DNA of 38,123 nucleotides from Candidatus Spechtbacterales bacterium (GCA_033721415.1 JAWWAH010000002.1:1-38123); one strand, 5' to 3'. Shown: positions 1 through 8,249, numbered from the stretch's first letter. Numbers and translations are program-made. Notes: generated by a model from the sequence alone, not told the origin.

Positions 1-322
1 AGATAGAATCTCTGATGAAACATATGATGATGCACGTTCTTTCCAAGAAGGCCTTGCTCGTGTAAAAAAAGATGACGAATGGTTCTTCATAGACAAAAAT
101 GGAGATAGAATCTCTGATGAAACATATGATTGGGCAGACTCTTTCCAAGAAGGCCTTGCTGTTGTCGAGAAAGATGGCCGATATTTCTTCATAGATAAAA
201 AAGGAGAGCCAATATCTGATGAAACATATGATGGAGCAGGCTCTTTCCACGAAGGACTTGCTCGTGTAAATAAAGATGGCGAATGGTTTTACATAGACCA
301 CAAAGGCGAGAGAGTATTCTAA
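1..322 (+). repeat. Three tandem ~102-nt coding repeat units (WG repeats)
   Basis: The string agatagaatctctgatgaaacatatgat at position 1 recurs identically at 103. A diverged copy lies at ~205 (gagccaatatctgatgaaacatatgat). Confidence 0.8.
2..322 (+). CDS. WG-repeat (KWG / WG_beta_rep-like) protein, C-terminal fragment entering from the 5' window edge
   Basis: Frame 2 is open from the window edge to TAA at 320-322. The translation DRISDETYDDARSFQEGLARVKKDDEWFFIDKNGDRISDETYDWADSFQEGLAVVEKDGRYFFIDKKGEPISDETYDGAGSFHEGLARVNKDGEWFYIDHKGERVF shows three ~34-aa WG-type repeat units. It is absent from the ORF track because no start lies in the window. Confidence 0.75.
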   Translation, partial: DRISDETYDDARSFQEGLARVKKDDEWFFIDKNGDRISDETYDWADSFQEGLAVVEKDGRYFFIDKKGEPISDETYDGAGSFHEGLARVNKDGEWFYIDHKGERVF

Positions 323-344
323 ATAATAAAATTACAAATATAAA

Positions 345-719
345 ATGAAAAAACTTAAAATAAAAACAAACAAAAAGAAAGAGGTAATAGACATAACAAA
401 TAAGGTACAGAAGGTTTTAGTGGAAGAGAGTAGTACTTGCAATCTTCTTTTAACCCATACAACAGCCGCTTTAACTACTGCAGACTTAGACCCGGGAACA
501 GATTTAGATATGCTGGATGCATTTGAAGAAATAATGCCAAATCTTGACTATCGTCACCCACATAACCCTGAACATGCTCCCGACCACATATTGTCTTCTA
601 TTATAGGAACATCGCTTAGTTTGCCGGTTGAGAATGGTGAACTTTTACTTGGAGCATGGCAAAGAATTGTTCTTATAGAGCTGGATGGCCCAAGAGAAAG
701 AACAGTAATAGTATTTTGA
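345..719 (+). CDS. YjbQ / UPF0047 family protein (secondary thiamine-phosphate synthase-like)
   Basis: 124 aa. The motifs LLTHTTAALTTADLDPG, DYRHPHN..APDHILSS and GAWQRIVLIELDGPRER are typical of the UPF0047/YjbQ fold. Confidence 0.8.
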   Translation: MKKLKIKTNKKKEVIDITNKVQKVLVEESSTCNLLLTHTTAALTTADLDPGTDLDMLDAFEEIMPNLDYRHPHNPEHAPDHILSSIIGTSLSLPVENGELLLGAWQRIVLIELDGPRERTVIVF

Positions 720-734
720 ATTTTGTGTTAATAT

Positions 735-761
735 AAAACTATAGGAGAACCTTATAGTTTT
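735..761 (+). terminator. Putative intrinsic terminator after the YjbQ-family gene
   Basis: aaaactatagg (735-745) pairs with ccttatagtttt (750-761) with one bulge and an agaa loop. The stem is AU-rich, so support is weak. Confidence 0.35.
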
Positions 762-799
762 CTAAAGAATTAAATTTAGGGCTTAAACCCTGTTTTTAG

Positions 800-1339
800 A
801 TGAAAAAACTTTCACTTTTATTATTTTTACTGATTGTTGCAGCATCATCGCTTTTAATATACGAATTAACAGACGATCTGTCACTTACTTTAATGGTTGG
901 CGTGGATCTTTTTGTAGCTGTCTCTGTTTTATCTTTCGCCTTTGTGCAGATTAGTTTAAACCGACACCTTATAGAGCTTCAGGATTATGTAGCTCTTTCT
1001 CTTGTTACACGAGAGGGGGGATTAAGCTTTTTTAACACCGGGAAACTTAATGTCTATATTCATAAAATAGAAATTAAAGATAAAGAATCAGAGGAAATCA
1101 TAAGCTCAACTGCTGTTTTTGAAAAAGCTCGTTTAATACCCTCCGGAACCCTTGAAGAAAGTTATTATTGGTATCCGCTAACAGAGGAAATATTTAAACA
1201 CGATGCCTTTACTGTATCTATATATCTTAACGATGAATTAGATAGAAAGTGGCTTTCTGAGCATGGGGGAGATGTGTTGGATAATAAAGAGCTTAGGGTT
1301 TGGTCTCATAAGACTTCTCAAAAGAATTGGAGTCTATAA
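800..1339 (+). CDS. Hypothetical membrane protein (two predicted N-terminal TM helices)
   Basis: 179 aa. Hydrophobic stretches LSLLLFLLIVAASSLLIY and LMVGVDLFVAVSVLSFAFV are present. I recognise no family. Confidence 0.6.
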   Translation: MKKLSLLLFLLIVAASSLLIYELTDDLSLTLMVGVDLFVAVSVLSFAFVQISLNRHLIELQDYVALSLVTREGGLSFFNTGKLNVYIHKIEIKDKESEEIISSTAVFEKARLIPSGTLEESYYWYPLTEEIFKHDAFTVSIYLNDELDRKWLSEHGGDVLDNKELRVWSHKTSQKNWSL

Positions 1340-1418
1340 TATATATTTTCATTTAAACTTAATGTGCATTTGTAACTATATTATATTAAATAAAATAAGC
1401 TAAGCTAACACAGTATTT

Positions 1419-2642
1419 ATGGATTTAAATAGAAAAAAAAAGATTATATTCTCTATAACTCTTCTTCTTATAGGAGCTCTTTTGGTTTGGGCCGGGGTTT
1501 TCTGGTGGAATAATTTACGCGGTGCAGGACCTGCTTTCCGCTCTCCTCAAGATGATATAGCAGATATTATAGAGGATAAGGATAAAGATTTACCTGATGG
1601 AGAAAATAACACAGAATTTCCTTTATCTTTGCCGGAAGGTTTTGAAATATCAATTTTTACTGATAATGTTCCCGATGCCAGAGTTTTAGTACAAGATAGC
1701 CTCGGTAATTTCTGGTTAAGTCAGCCCGATGAGGGCACAGTTTCCCTTTTAACCATTGAAGATAATGAAGTTACAAGAGTAGACCCCATACTTCAAAATC
1801 TTGATAGACCCCACGGACTTGCTTTGGATCCAGAAAATGGAACTGTTTTATATGTAGCTGAAACTGACAAAATATCACGAGTGCAACTTTATTCAGATGG
1901 TAGCTTTGAGAAGATAGCTGATTTGCCAGGAGGTGGGCGCCATTATTCGCGTACTATTGAATTTGGTCCCGACGGAAAACTATATGTTTCAATAGGGTCT
2001 TCATGCGATGTTTGCTACGAGGAAGATCCACGCAGAGCAGCTATTTATAGAATGGATAAAGACGGTTCAAATTTTGAAGAATTTGCTACAGGCTTAAGAA
2101 ACGCCGTATTTTTTGATTGGTCTTTCGTAGATGGAAGAATGTGGGCCACAGAAATGGGCCGAGATAGGCTTGGTGATAATTTACCTCCTGACGAGATAAA
2201 CATTGTAGAAAAGGGAAATGATTATGGGTGGCCAACATGTTACGGAAAAAATATGCATGATACAAACTTTGACAAAAACCAGTATATACAGAACCCCTGC
2301 AATGAAAAAACCCCCTCATATATAGATTTACAGGCCCATTCTGCTCCTCTTGGCTTGGTATTTATTCCTGAGGAGGGATGGCCCGAAGAATATTGGTATG
2401 ACCTTCTAGTTGCATATCACGGTTCTTGGAATAGAACGATCCCTACGGGATATAAAATAATGCGCTTCAAGCTAGATGATTCTGGGAATGTTCTAGGTAG
2501 AGAGGACTTCATTTCAGGCTGGTTGCAAGATGGAACAGCTTTAGGTCGCCCTGTTGATATATTGATACAGCCTGGGGGCATCATGTACATAACAGATGAT
2601 CATGCAGGAGTAGTTTATAAAGTTTCTTATAAAGGTAATTAA
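1419..2642 (+). CDS. PQQ-dependent sugar (glucose/sorbosone) dehydrogenase-like beta-propeller protein, N-terminally membrane anchored
   Basis: 407 aa with an N-terminal TM helix (IIFSITLLLIGALLVWAGVFWW). Motifs HGLALDP, GPDGKLYVSIGSSCDVC, RNAVFFDW, DEINIVEKGNDYGWP and GRPVD match the soluble GSDH / sorbosone dehydrogenase family. Confidence 0.8.
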   Translation: MDLNRKKKIIFSITLLLIGALLVWAGVFWWNNLRGAGPAFRSPQDDIADIIEDKDKDLPDGENNTEFPLSLPEGFEISIFTDNVPDARVLVQDSLGNFWLSQPDEGTVSLLTIEDNEVTRVDPILQNLDRPHGLALDPENGTVLYVAETDKISRVQLYSDGSFEKIADLPGGGRHYSRTIEFGPDGKLYVSIGSSCDVCYEEDPRRAAIYRMDKDGSNFEEFATGLRNAVFFDWSFVDGRMWATEMGRDRLGDNLPPDEINIVEKGNDYGWPTCYGKNMHDTNFDKNQYIQNPCNEKTPSYIDLQAHSAPLGLVFIPEEGWPEEYWYDLLVAYHGSWNRTIPTGYKIMRFKLDDSGNVLGREDFISGWLQDGTALGRPVDILIQPGGIMYITDDHAGVVYKVSYKGN

Positions 2643-2651
2643 AATAAAACT

Positions 2652-3413
2652 ATGAAAAAAAATACATTGATTACAATTGTGATTTTATTTATGGTGTTCG
2701 CTGTTGCTTCACTTATTCTTATTCAAAAATCGGATACCCCAGATACCAATAATATAAACAAATCTTCCATAAATAATTTTCAAGAGTGTGCTGATGCTGG
2801 ATATCCTATAATGGAGTCTTATCCAAGGCAGTGCCGTACTTCTGATGGCGATCTCTTTGTTGAGGACATCGGAAATGTAATAGAAAAACAAGATGATATT
2901 CGCATAAATAACCCAATGCCTGGCGATACTGTATCCAGTCCTCTTTTGGTGCGTGGGGAAGCACGAGGTTATTGGTTCTTCGAAGCAGATTTTCCTATCA
3001 AGGTATTGGATTCTAGTGGGAATGAGCTTGGTGCTGGTATTGCGAAGGCCCAAGGTGATTGGATGACTGAAGACTTTGTTGTATTTGAAGCTAGTGTAGA
3101 ATTTTCTAATTCGGAAACAAAAGAAGGTACTCTGGTTCTTCAAAAAGACAATCCATCTGGCCTTCCTGAAAATGAAGATGAGCTTATCATTCCTATTGAG
3201 TTTTCTAAATCAGAAACAACCTCTAGAGCCCTTGATGGTTGTGTTATAGGAGGGTGTTCGGGGGAAATATGTTCGGATAAGGAGATGAGCTCAGCTTGTG
3301 TTTATAAAGAAGAGTACGCTTGTTATAAAACTGCCACCTGCGAGAAACAAGAAAATGGTGAATGTGGGTGGACTAAAACAAAGGAATTGAACCAGTGCTT
3401 GCAGAGTTCTTAG
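2652..3413 (+). CDS. Gmad2 immunoglobulin-like domain protein with a C-terminal eight-cysteine module, N-terminally anchored
   Basis: 253 aa with an N-terminal TM helix. PGDTVSSPLLVRGEARGYWFFEADFPIKVLDSSGNELG...VEF resembles the Gmad2 Ig-like domain. The C-terminus GCVIGGCSGEICSD...CVYKEEYACYKTATCEKQENGECGWT...C carries exactly 8 Cys. Confidence 0.65.
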   Translation: MKKNTLITIVILFMVFAVASLILIQKSDTPDTNNINKSSINNFQECADAGYPIMESYPRQCRTSDGDLFVEDIGNVIEKQDDIRINNPMPGDTVSSPLLVRGEARGYWFFEADFPIKVLDSSGNELGAGIAKAQGDWMTEDFVVFEASVEFSNSETKEGTLVLQKDNPSGLPENEDELIIPIEFSKSETTSRALDGCVIGGCSGEICSDKEMSSACVYKEEYACYKTATCEKQENGECGWTKTKELNQCLQSS

Positions 3414-3458
3414 AAATATAATAAGCTCACTAAGTTATATATTTTAAAAAAGTAAAGA

Positions 3459-4289
3459 ATGTCTTTTAACGACAGAAAAAATAAAAAAATAAGATATATA
3501 ATATACTACCTTGCTTGGGGAGTTATACTTGTGTTTGTTGTATCTCAGGCTTATGGAGCATTGTTTTCAAATGATGAATCCGTAGAATTGAATGATACTC
3601 AGAATTACAAAAAATATACACCACAAGAAGAGAATGATATTCCCAGTACAGATACAGGCACAGAAGACAGAATAGAAGAAGATGATGATTATTTCAGAGA
3701 TCACACAAAACAAGTTGTGTATAATGTTCCTTTTACAGCACAAGCGCCGCTGGGTGATTGGAGCGATCCGCGCCAACAGGATGGTTGTGAAGAGGCAGCA
3801 GCTTTAATGGCTGTATCTTGGGCAAGGGGAGAAGATTTTACACTTGCAGAGGCACGAGATGAAATAATAAAAATTGCTGAATATACAAAAAATAAATATG
3901 GTGCATATCGAGATACATCAGCTCGCGATGCTTTCAATTGGATATACAAGGACTATTTTGGGTATACAAATGTTCGGCTTAATTATAATATTACAACCGA
4001 AGACATAAAGCGTGAACTTTATGCCGGTAATCTTGTTGTTGTTCCTGCAAATGGACGAATTTTAGACAACCCACATTTTACTCCTCCGGGCCCAGAACGC
4101 CATATGTTTGTGATTACAGGATTTGATCCCAAAACAGGAGAATTTATAACAAATGATAATGGTACTAGATACGGGGAAGATTTTAGATATACTGAAGCTA
4201 ATATTTCAGCCGCATTGCAGGATTATCCTACCGGATATCATGAACCTATATTGAATAAAATTACATCAATGATAGTGATAAGTAAGTAA
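3459..4289 (+). CDS. Peptidase C39-like (C39_2) domain protein, N-terminally anchored
   Basis: 276 aa with TM helix IIYYLAWGVILVFVVSQAYG. PFTAQAPLGDWSDPRQQDGCEEAAALMAVSW (candidate catalytic Cys) and a later HMFVITGFD (candidate His) are typical of C39-like peptidases. Confidence 0.7.
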   Translation: MSFNDRKNKKIRYIIYYLAWGVILVFVVSQAYGALFSNDESVELNDTQNYKKYTPQEENDIPSTDTGTEDRIEEDDDYFRDHTKQVVYNVPFTAQAPLGDWSDPRQQDGCEEAAALMAVSWARGEDFTLAEARDEIIKIAEYTKNKYGAYRDTSARDAFNWIYKDYFGYTNVRLNYNITTEDIKRELYAGNLVVVPANGRILDNPHFTPPGPERHMFVITGFDPKTGEFITNDNGTRYGEDFRYTEANISAALQDYPTGYHEPILNKITSMIVISK

Positions 4290-4296
4290 TTTCAAG

Positions 4297-4325
4297 TTGA
4301 AAAAGAGTTTCTAGTATGCTTTAAT
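4297..4325 (+). promoter_or_regulatory. Sigma70-like promoter (TTGAAA-17-TTTAAT) for the small acidic zinc-ribbon gene
   Basis: TTGAAA at 4297-4302, a 17-nt spacer, then TTTAAT at 4320-4325. The AT-rich background raises the false-positive risk. Confidence 0.4.
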
Positions 4326-4355
4326 GGAGGCATAGTTCCTTGGAAGGAGGTTAGT

Positions 4356-4703
4356 GTGTCAGATAACGAGCCCACCGAGATACAGGATGACGATAGCCAA
4401 GACCCAGATTACGAGTTAGTTCCTGTATCAGTTTACTTATGTAGTAATTGTCAGGATGGAAGTGTCATCTTTTTTGATGGCAATTTAAAATTTGATCCCG
4501 CGGGTTTTATTTATCTCGGAGGTATATGTGGAGGTTGTGGTGAAAGATCAGAAGATATTGCAATTACATTTCCGCAGTTAAGTGGTATTTATACTTCTGT
4601 TGTTCAGCGCATACAAATCAAGCAAGCTCTTCTTCGAGAGATGGAAGATGATGATTCAGGAGATGATTCTGATGAAGACCCAAGCACAGGCCAATATCTG
4701 TAA
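4356..4703 (+). CDS. Small acidic protein with a four-Cys zinc-ribbon-like motif (hypothetical)
   Basis: 115 aa with a GTG start preceded by GGAAGGAGG at 6-nt spacing. It has CSNC...CGGCG motifs, and both termini are D/E-rich (EIQDDDSQDPDYE; EDDDSGDDSDEDP). Confidence 0.65.
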   Translation: MSDNEPTEIQDDDSQDPDYELVPVSVYLCSNCQDGSVIFFDGNLKFDPAGFIYLGGICGGCGERSEDIAITFPQLSGIYTSVVQRIQIKQALLREMEDDDSGDDSDEDPSTGQYL

Positions 4704-4713
4704 TTTATATTAT

Positions 4714-4738
4714 AAAAACCCCATAATTATGGGGTTTT
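4714..4738 (+). terminator. Intrinsic terminator
   Basis: aaaaaccccat aatt atggggtttt is a perfect hairpin with a U-tail, 11 nt after the stop codon. Confidence 0.8.
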
Positions 4739-4754
4739 AGTAAGGCTGTTTTAA

Positions 4755-4782
4755 TTTACACTTCATTAATTGTAGGTAGAAT
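4755..4782 (+). promoter_or_regulatory. Sigma70-like promoter (TTTACA-16-TAGAAT)
   Basis: TTTACA at 4755-4760 and TAGAAT at 4777-4782, upstream of the 4832 ORF. Confidence 0.4.
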
Positions 4783-4831
4783 AGGGTGCACTATATAGTA
4801 ACTAAGAAATATTAAAATTAATTATAAAAAT

Positions 4832-5299
4832 ATGAACGAATTTATAGCTAAAAAATTAGGAGAGGTCCTTGCTTTTGAAAGAATGCAAGAAGATACTTTA
4901 ACCAAAGGGAAGGCAGCAGTAGATAGAGCATATGGCCCCAAAGAGGTAAAGGCTATGTTAATAGATGCTAAATCTCTTAAGGAGGGCATAGAATCTATTG
5001 CAGAAGAGAGTGAGGAATGGGGAGATACTGTATTAAAAAAAGCAGAAAAAACAGGCAAAAAGATTGCAGATATGCGTAATGTGTATCTTTCTGAAGATGA
5101 TTGGGATGATCCAGTAGAAATACTTGAGTGGTCTGGAGCCTTTGAGGGTGGAGCATTAGTGCATTGGAGCTTAGTGGCTGGAGGTGCAGAAGCAGTTGGC
5201 CTTAAAGAGGCGAGCACCCTTGCTGAGAAAGGACTAGAGGCACATAGCAGTATATTAAATAGGATAAAAGAAATTATTAGAAAAGCAGAAACCCTCTAG
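4832..5299 (+). CDS. Hypothetical all-helical protein (possibly a ferritin-like / four-helix-bundle type)
   Basis: 155 aa, rich in A/E/K/L with no TM helix. I cannot make a secure family assignment from the sequence. It is monocistronic, sitting between a promoter-like site and a terminator hairpin. Confidence 0.55.
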   Translation: MNEFIAKKLGEVLAFERMQEDTLTKGKAAVDRAYGPKEVKAMLIDAKSLKEGIESIAEESEEWGDTVLKKAEKTGKKIADMRNVYLSEDDWDDPVEILEWSGAFEGGALVHWSLVAGGAEAVGLKEASTLAEKGLEAHSSILNRIKEIIRKAETL

Positions 5300-5321
5300 C
5301 AGTAAGGAAATATTTGAAAAA

Positions 5322-5357
5322 AAATGCTATGTGGTTTAATGTGACTACATAGCATTT
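5322..5357 (+). terminator. Putative terminator hairpin
   Basis: aaatgctatgt (5322-5332) pairs perfectly with acatagcattt (5347-5357). That gives an 11-bp stem and a 14-nt loop, followed by aattttgatt. Confidence 0.55.
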
Positions 5358-5378
5358 AATTTTGATTATCCATTAACA

Positions 5379-6068
5379 ATGAAGGTAAATATTTTTGGCA
5401 GAAACAAAGAAGAATTAACCCCCGTTTTAAAAGAAATGGGTTTTCGGGTTGGCGAAGAATCTCCTGAATTTATAATTAGTTATGGGGGAGACGGTACCAT
5501 TATGCAAGCGGAACACAAGTATCCGGAAATACCTAAAATAGCTTTGCGCAATAGCGCTATATGCAAGAAGTGTCCGCCGCTTGATAATGAAGAAATTCTA
5601 AGCCGTGTAATCAATGGAAAATATTCAGTTGAAGAGCTTTATAAATTGCAGGTTTCGTGCAAGAGAGATGATACACTTATAAAACATGGAATGGATAGTA
5701 TTATTGTACATAATGCCGACCCTAGACGCGCTATGAGGTATAAGCTGAATATAAATGGTGAAAAAATTAATGTAGAAGATATTATAGGTGATGGAATAGT
5801 TGTAGCAACACCCTTTGGATCTACTGGTTATTATAGAAGTATAACAGATAGCTTTTTCGAAGTAGGTATAGGAGTTGCTTTTAACAATAGTACAGAGCAA
5901 TCAGATCATATGGTCGTTAGCGAAGATAGCATTATAGAGCTTGAAGTTACACGTGGTCCAGCTGTTGTTTATGCTGATAATCAAGATGGAGCAATAAATC
6001 TCGATAAGGGAGATAAGATAAGAATAAAAAAATCTCCACAAGTAGTTAGGTTATTACAATTTAAATAA
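5379..6068 (+). CDS. nadK: NAD(+) kinase (short form)
   Basis: 229 aa with the GGDGT motif (ISYGGDGTIMQA) and ATPFGSTGYYRS, which matches the NAD kinase substrate-binding motif. Confidence 0.85.
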   Translation: MKVNIFGRNKEELTPVLKEMGFRVGEESPEFIISYGGDGTIMQAEHKYPEIPKIALRNSAICKKCPPLDNEEILSRVINGKYSVEELYKLQVSCKRDDTLIKHGMDSIIVHNADPRRAMRYKLNINGEKINVEDIIGDGIVVATPFGSTGYYRSITDSFFEVGIGVAFNNSTEQSDHMVVSEDSIIELEVTRGPAVVYADNQDGAINLDKGDKIRIKKSPQVVRLLQFK

Positions 6069-6074
6069 CCTCCC

Positions 6075-6114
6075 AAAACAAAAAACAACCCGATATCGGG
6101 TTGTTTTTTGTTTT
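6075..6114. terminator. Bidirectional intrinsic terminator (nadK on +, tRNA-Pro on -)
   Basis: An 18-bp perfect stem aaaacaaaaaacaacccg / cgggttgttttttgtttt with an atat loop. A/T runs flank both sides. Confidence 0.85.
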
Positions 6115-6120
6115 AGCCTG

Positions 6121-6192
6121 TCGGGCTGCCGAGAATCGAACTCGGGTCGCACGACCCCCAGCCGCGCATAATAACCATTATACTACAGCCCG
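6121..6192 (-). tRNA. tRNA-Pro (anticodon GGG)
   Basis: The reverse complement is CGGGCTG TA GTAT AATGGTTA TTAT G CGCGG CTGGGGG TCGTG CGAC CCGAG TTCGATT CTCGG CAGCCCG A. It has a 7-bp acceptor stem with C1:G72, discriminator A73, a TTCGATT T-loop, U33-GGG-G37 in the anticodon loop, and no encoded CCA. Confidence 0.9.
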
Positions 6193-6235
6193 AGATTAAA
6201 TTTTCCGCAGAACCAGAAGGAAGACACCACTGTCC

Positions 6236-6263
6236 AAATTGTCCGAATTTATTCGGACAATTT
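6236..6263 (-). terminator. Terminator hairpin downstream of rpmB
   Basis: A 12-bp perfect palindrome, aaattgtccgaa ttta ttcggacaattt. Confidence 0.6.
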
Positions 6264-6279
6264 AAGTATATAACTACTG

Positions 6280-6468
6280 CTATTTAGTCTTTGCTGCAGT
6301 TTTCATGCATCGAGTGCAAACCTTAACGCGTGTTCCATCAGGTTTACGCATCCATTGCAAGTTGGGGTATTTTCTTTTTTTATGTGTAGGGTTATAATGT
6401 CCACGGAGCAATTTTCTTTTCCACTCCATCTTGGAACCTTTTCCACACATTTCACATACTTTAGCCAT
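6280..6468 (-). CDS. rpmB: 50S ribosomal protein L28 (zinc-ribbon, C+ form)
   Basis: 62 aa, MAKVCEMCGKG...YPNLQW...VKVCTRCMK. It has the L28 N-terminal signature plus CxxC...CxxC. Confidence 0.9.
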   Translation of the reverse strand: MAKVCEMCGKGSKMEWKRKLLRGHYNPTHKKRKYPNLQWMRKPDGTRVKVCTRCMKTAAKTK

Positions 6469-6524
6469 AAATAATATATAATTTTATTAACTTAACTTTA
6501 CAATTAATAATAGTATACTAATTT

Positions 6525-6553
6525 TTCACATATTTCAACCCTGTTCGTATAAG
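6525..6553 (+). promoter_or_regulatory. Possible promoter (TTCACA-17-TATAAG) for the M50 protease gene
   Basis: Hexamers at 6525-6530 and 6548-6553, in an AT-rich context. Confidence 0.3.
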
Positions 6554-6582
6554 TTAGGATATGGGGTTAAATCTTAAAAACT

Positions 6583-7209
6583 ATGTTTATAGAATTCGCT
6601 ATTTCAATAACAATTTTATTATTCTCCGTGGTAATACATGAGGTTTCTCATGGCGCCGTTGCTAATATGCTTGGTGACCCTACCGCAAGACTGCAGGGTC
6701 GCTTAACTCTTAATCCACTAAAACACCTAGATCCAATAGGCTCAGTTCTTGTTCCTGTTGTCACATCTCTTATAGGTGTTCCTTTTGGGTGGGCTAAACC
6801 GGTTCCGTATAATCCTCATAATCTAAGCAACAAAAGGTGGGGTTCAGCACTTGTTGGTGGAGCAGGCCCTCTATCCAATATTGTTTTAGCAGTTACGTTT
6901 GGGCTTGCTGCAAGATTTGGAGAGAGCTTATTTATGTTTAGCGAAGGAGTATTTTTTGTCTTTGTGTTTATAACTTATATTAATCTTTTACTTGCTGTAT
7001 TTAACTTAGTGCCGATACCTCCACTCGATGGGTCAAAGCTTTTGTTTTCTTTTTTCCCGGATATTTCTCATAGAGCGAGGATATTTCTAGAGCGCAATGG
7101 GTTTATTTTTCTATTAATGTTTATATTTTTTGGGTTTCAGTTGATAGTGCCCATCATAGACTTCCTATTCTACTTAATTACGGGAATTAATTTTGGTCCT
7201 ACTCTGTAA
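6583..7209 (+). CDS. Site-2 protease family (peptidase M50) membrane metalloprotease
   Basis: 208 aa and polytopic. It has the HEVSHG (HExxH) motif in TM1 and NLLLAVFNLVPIPPLDG (NxxPxxxLDG). Confidence 0.85.
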   Translation: MFIEFAISITILLFSVVIHEVSHGAVANMLGDPTARLQGRLTLNPLKHLDPIGSVLVPVVTSLIGVPFGWAKPVPYNPHNLSNKRWGSALVGGAGPLSNIVLAVTFGLAARFGESLFMFSEGVFFVFVFITYINLLLAVFNLVPIPPLDGSKLLFSFFPDISHRARIFLERNGFIFLLMFIFFGFQLIVPIIDFLFYLITGINFGPTL

Positions 7210-7214
7210 AGTAG

Positions 7215-7243
7215 TTGACAGTATGAGCTATTTCATATAAAGT
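7215..7243 (+). promoter_or_regulatory. str operon promoter (TTGACA-17-TAAAGT)
   Basis: Consensus -35 at 7215-7220, a 17-nt spacer, then TAAAGT at 7238-7243, about 60 nt upstream of rpsL. Confidence 0.5.
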
Positions 7244-7301
7244 ATATTACTGTGTAAAAGAAAACATTATCCTGAACATAATTCAGGTTGTTAAATCAAA
7301 T

Positions 7302-7715
7302 ATGCCAACAATAAATCAATTAGTAAAAAAGGGCAGAAAGAAGCCCGTAAAGAAGACAAAGTCACCCGCGCTAGCGAAGGGTTTTAATGCACTTGAAAAT
7401 AGACCAACCTATTACTCAAGCCCCTTTAAAAGAGGTGTGTGTACTCGTGTTACGACTGTTACACCTAAGAAGCCTAATTCTGCTTTAAGAAAAGTTGCAA
7501 GGGTAAGATTAAGTAATGGTATGGAGGTCACAGCTTATATTCCAGGAGAAGGACACAATCTACAAGAGCACTCCGTTGTATTAATAAGAGGCGGAAGAGT
7601 AAAAGACCTTCCAGGTGTTAGATACCACATAGTTAGAGGTGTTCTTGATACAGCAGGAGTTGAGGGCAGAAAAACTCAACGCTCTAAGTATGGAACTAAG
7701 AAGCCGAGAGAATAA
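7302..7715 (+). CDS. rpsL: 30S ribosomal protein S12
   Basis: MPTINQL...[10 protein letters not shown]...[13 protein letters not shown], a near-universal S12 sequence. Confidence 0.98.
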   Translation: MPTINQLVKKGRKKPVKKTKSPALAKGFNALENRPTYYSSPFKRGVCTRVTTVTPKKPNSALRKVARVRLSNGMEVTAYIPGEGHNLQEHSVVLIRGGRVKDLPGVRYHIVRGVLDTAGVEGRKTQRSKYGTKKPRE

Positions 7716-7751
7716 TAATCTTTATCTTTTTAACCTTGATACGAAAAAAAT

Positions 7752-8216
7752 ATGTCACGAAAACAAGCAAAAAAAAGAACATTACAACCAGATTATAAAT
7801 ACAATAATCCTACGGTTACAAAATTTATTAATTACTTAATGCTAGATGGAAAGAAATCCGTTGCACGTACTGTTGTGTACGATGCTTTAGAAATAGCAGA
7901 GAAAAAGACCAAGAAAGAAGCCATGGAAATATTTGATCTTGCGTTAAAAAATGTAGCTCCTTCTCTTGAGGTAAAATCTAAGCGTGTGGGTGGAGCCAAT
8001 TATCAGGTTCCCCAGCAGGTCAAGGGAGATAGAAGAACAATACTTGCAATGCGTTGGATTATACAAGCTTCACGTGCAAAGAGCGGAAGGCCAATGGCAG
8101 AAAGACTTGCTCAAGAGTTGGTTGAGGCATCCAATAATGAAGGAGAAGCAATTAAAAAGAAAGAAGCAACAGAAAGAATGGCACGAGCTAACCGTGCATT
8201 CGCACACTTTGCTTAA
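7752..8216 (+). CDS. rpsG: 30S ribosomal protein S7
   Basis: 154 aa with VEVKSKRVGGANYQVP and RMARANRAFAHF motifs. Conserved position after rpsL. Confidence 0.97.
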   Translation: MSRKQAKKRTLQPDYKYNNPTVTKFINYLMLDGKKSVARTVVYDALEIAEKKTKKEAMEIFDLALKNVAPSLEVKSKRVGGANYQVPQQVKGDRRTILAMRWIIQASRAKSGRPMAERLAQELVEASNNEGEAIKKKEATERMARANRAFAHFA

Positions 8217-8249
8217 TTATCAATAAATAACTGACATAATATAAAATTT

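Noticed and set aside
4822-5217. 131-aa ORF on the - strand opposite the 4832-5299 gene
   Set aside because: It is a mirror ORF with an S/A/P-rich low-complexity translation. The + strand ORF is flanked by a promoter-like site and a terminator in the correct orientation.
6075-6270. tRNA-Pro as an integration hotspot or genomic-island boundary
   Set aside because: No integrase, no direct repeat of the tRNA 3' end and no compositional shift is visible on either side. The neighbours are nadK and rpmB.
7639-7839. 66-aa ORF spanning the rpsL-rpsG junction, and the 7984-8226 ORF inside rpsG
   Set aside because: They are out of frame with S12 and S7, and their low-complexity translations have no homology.
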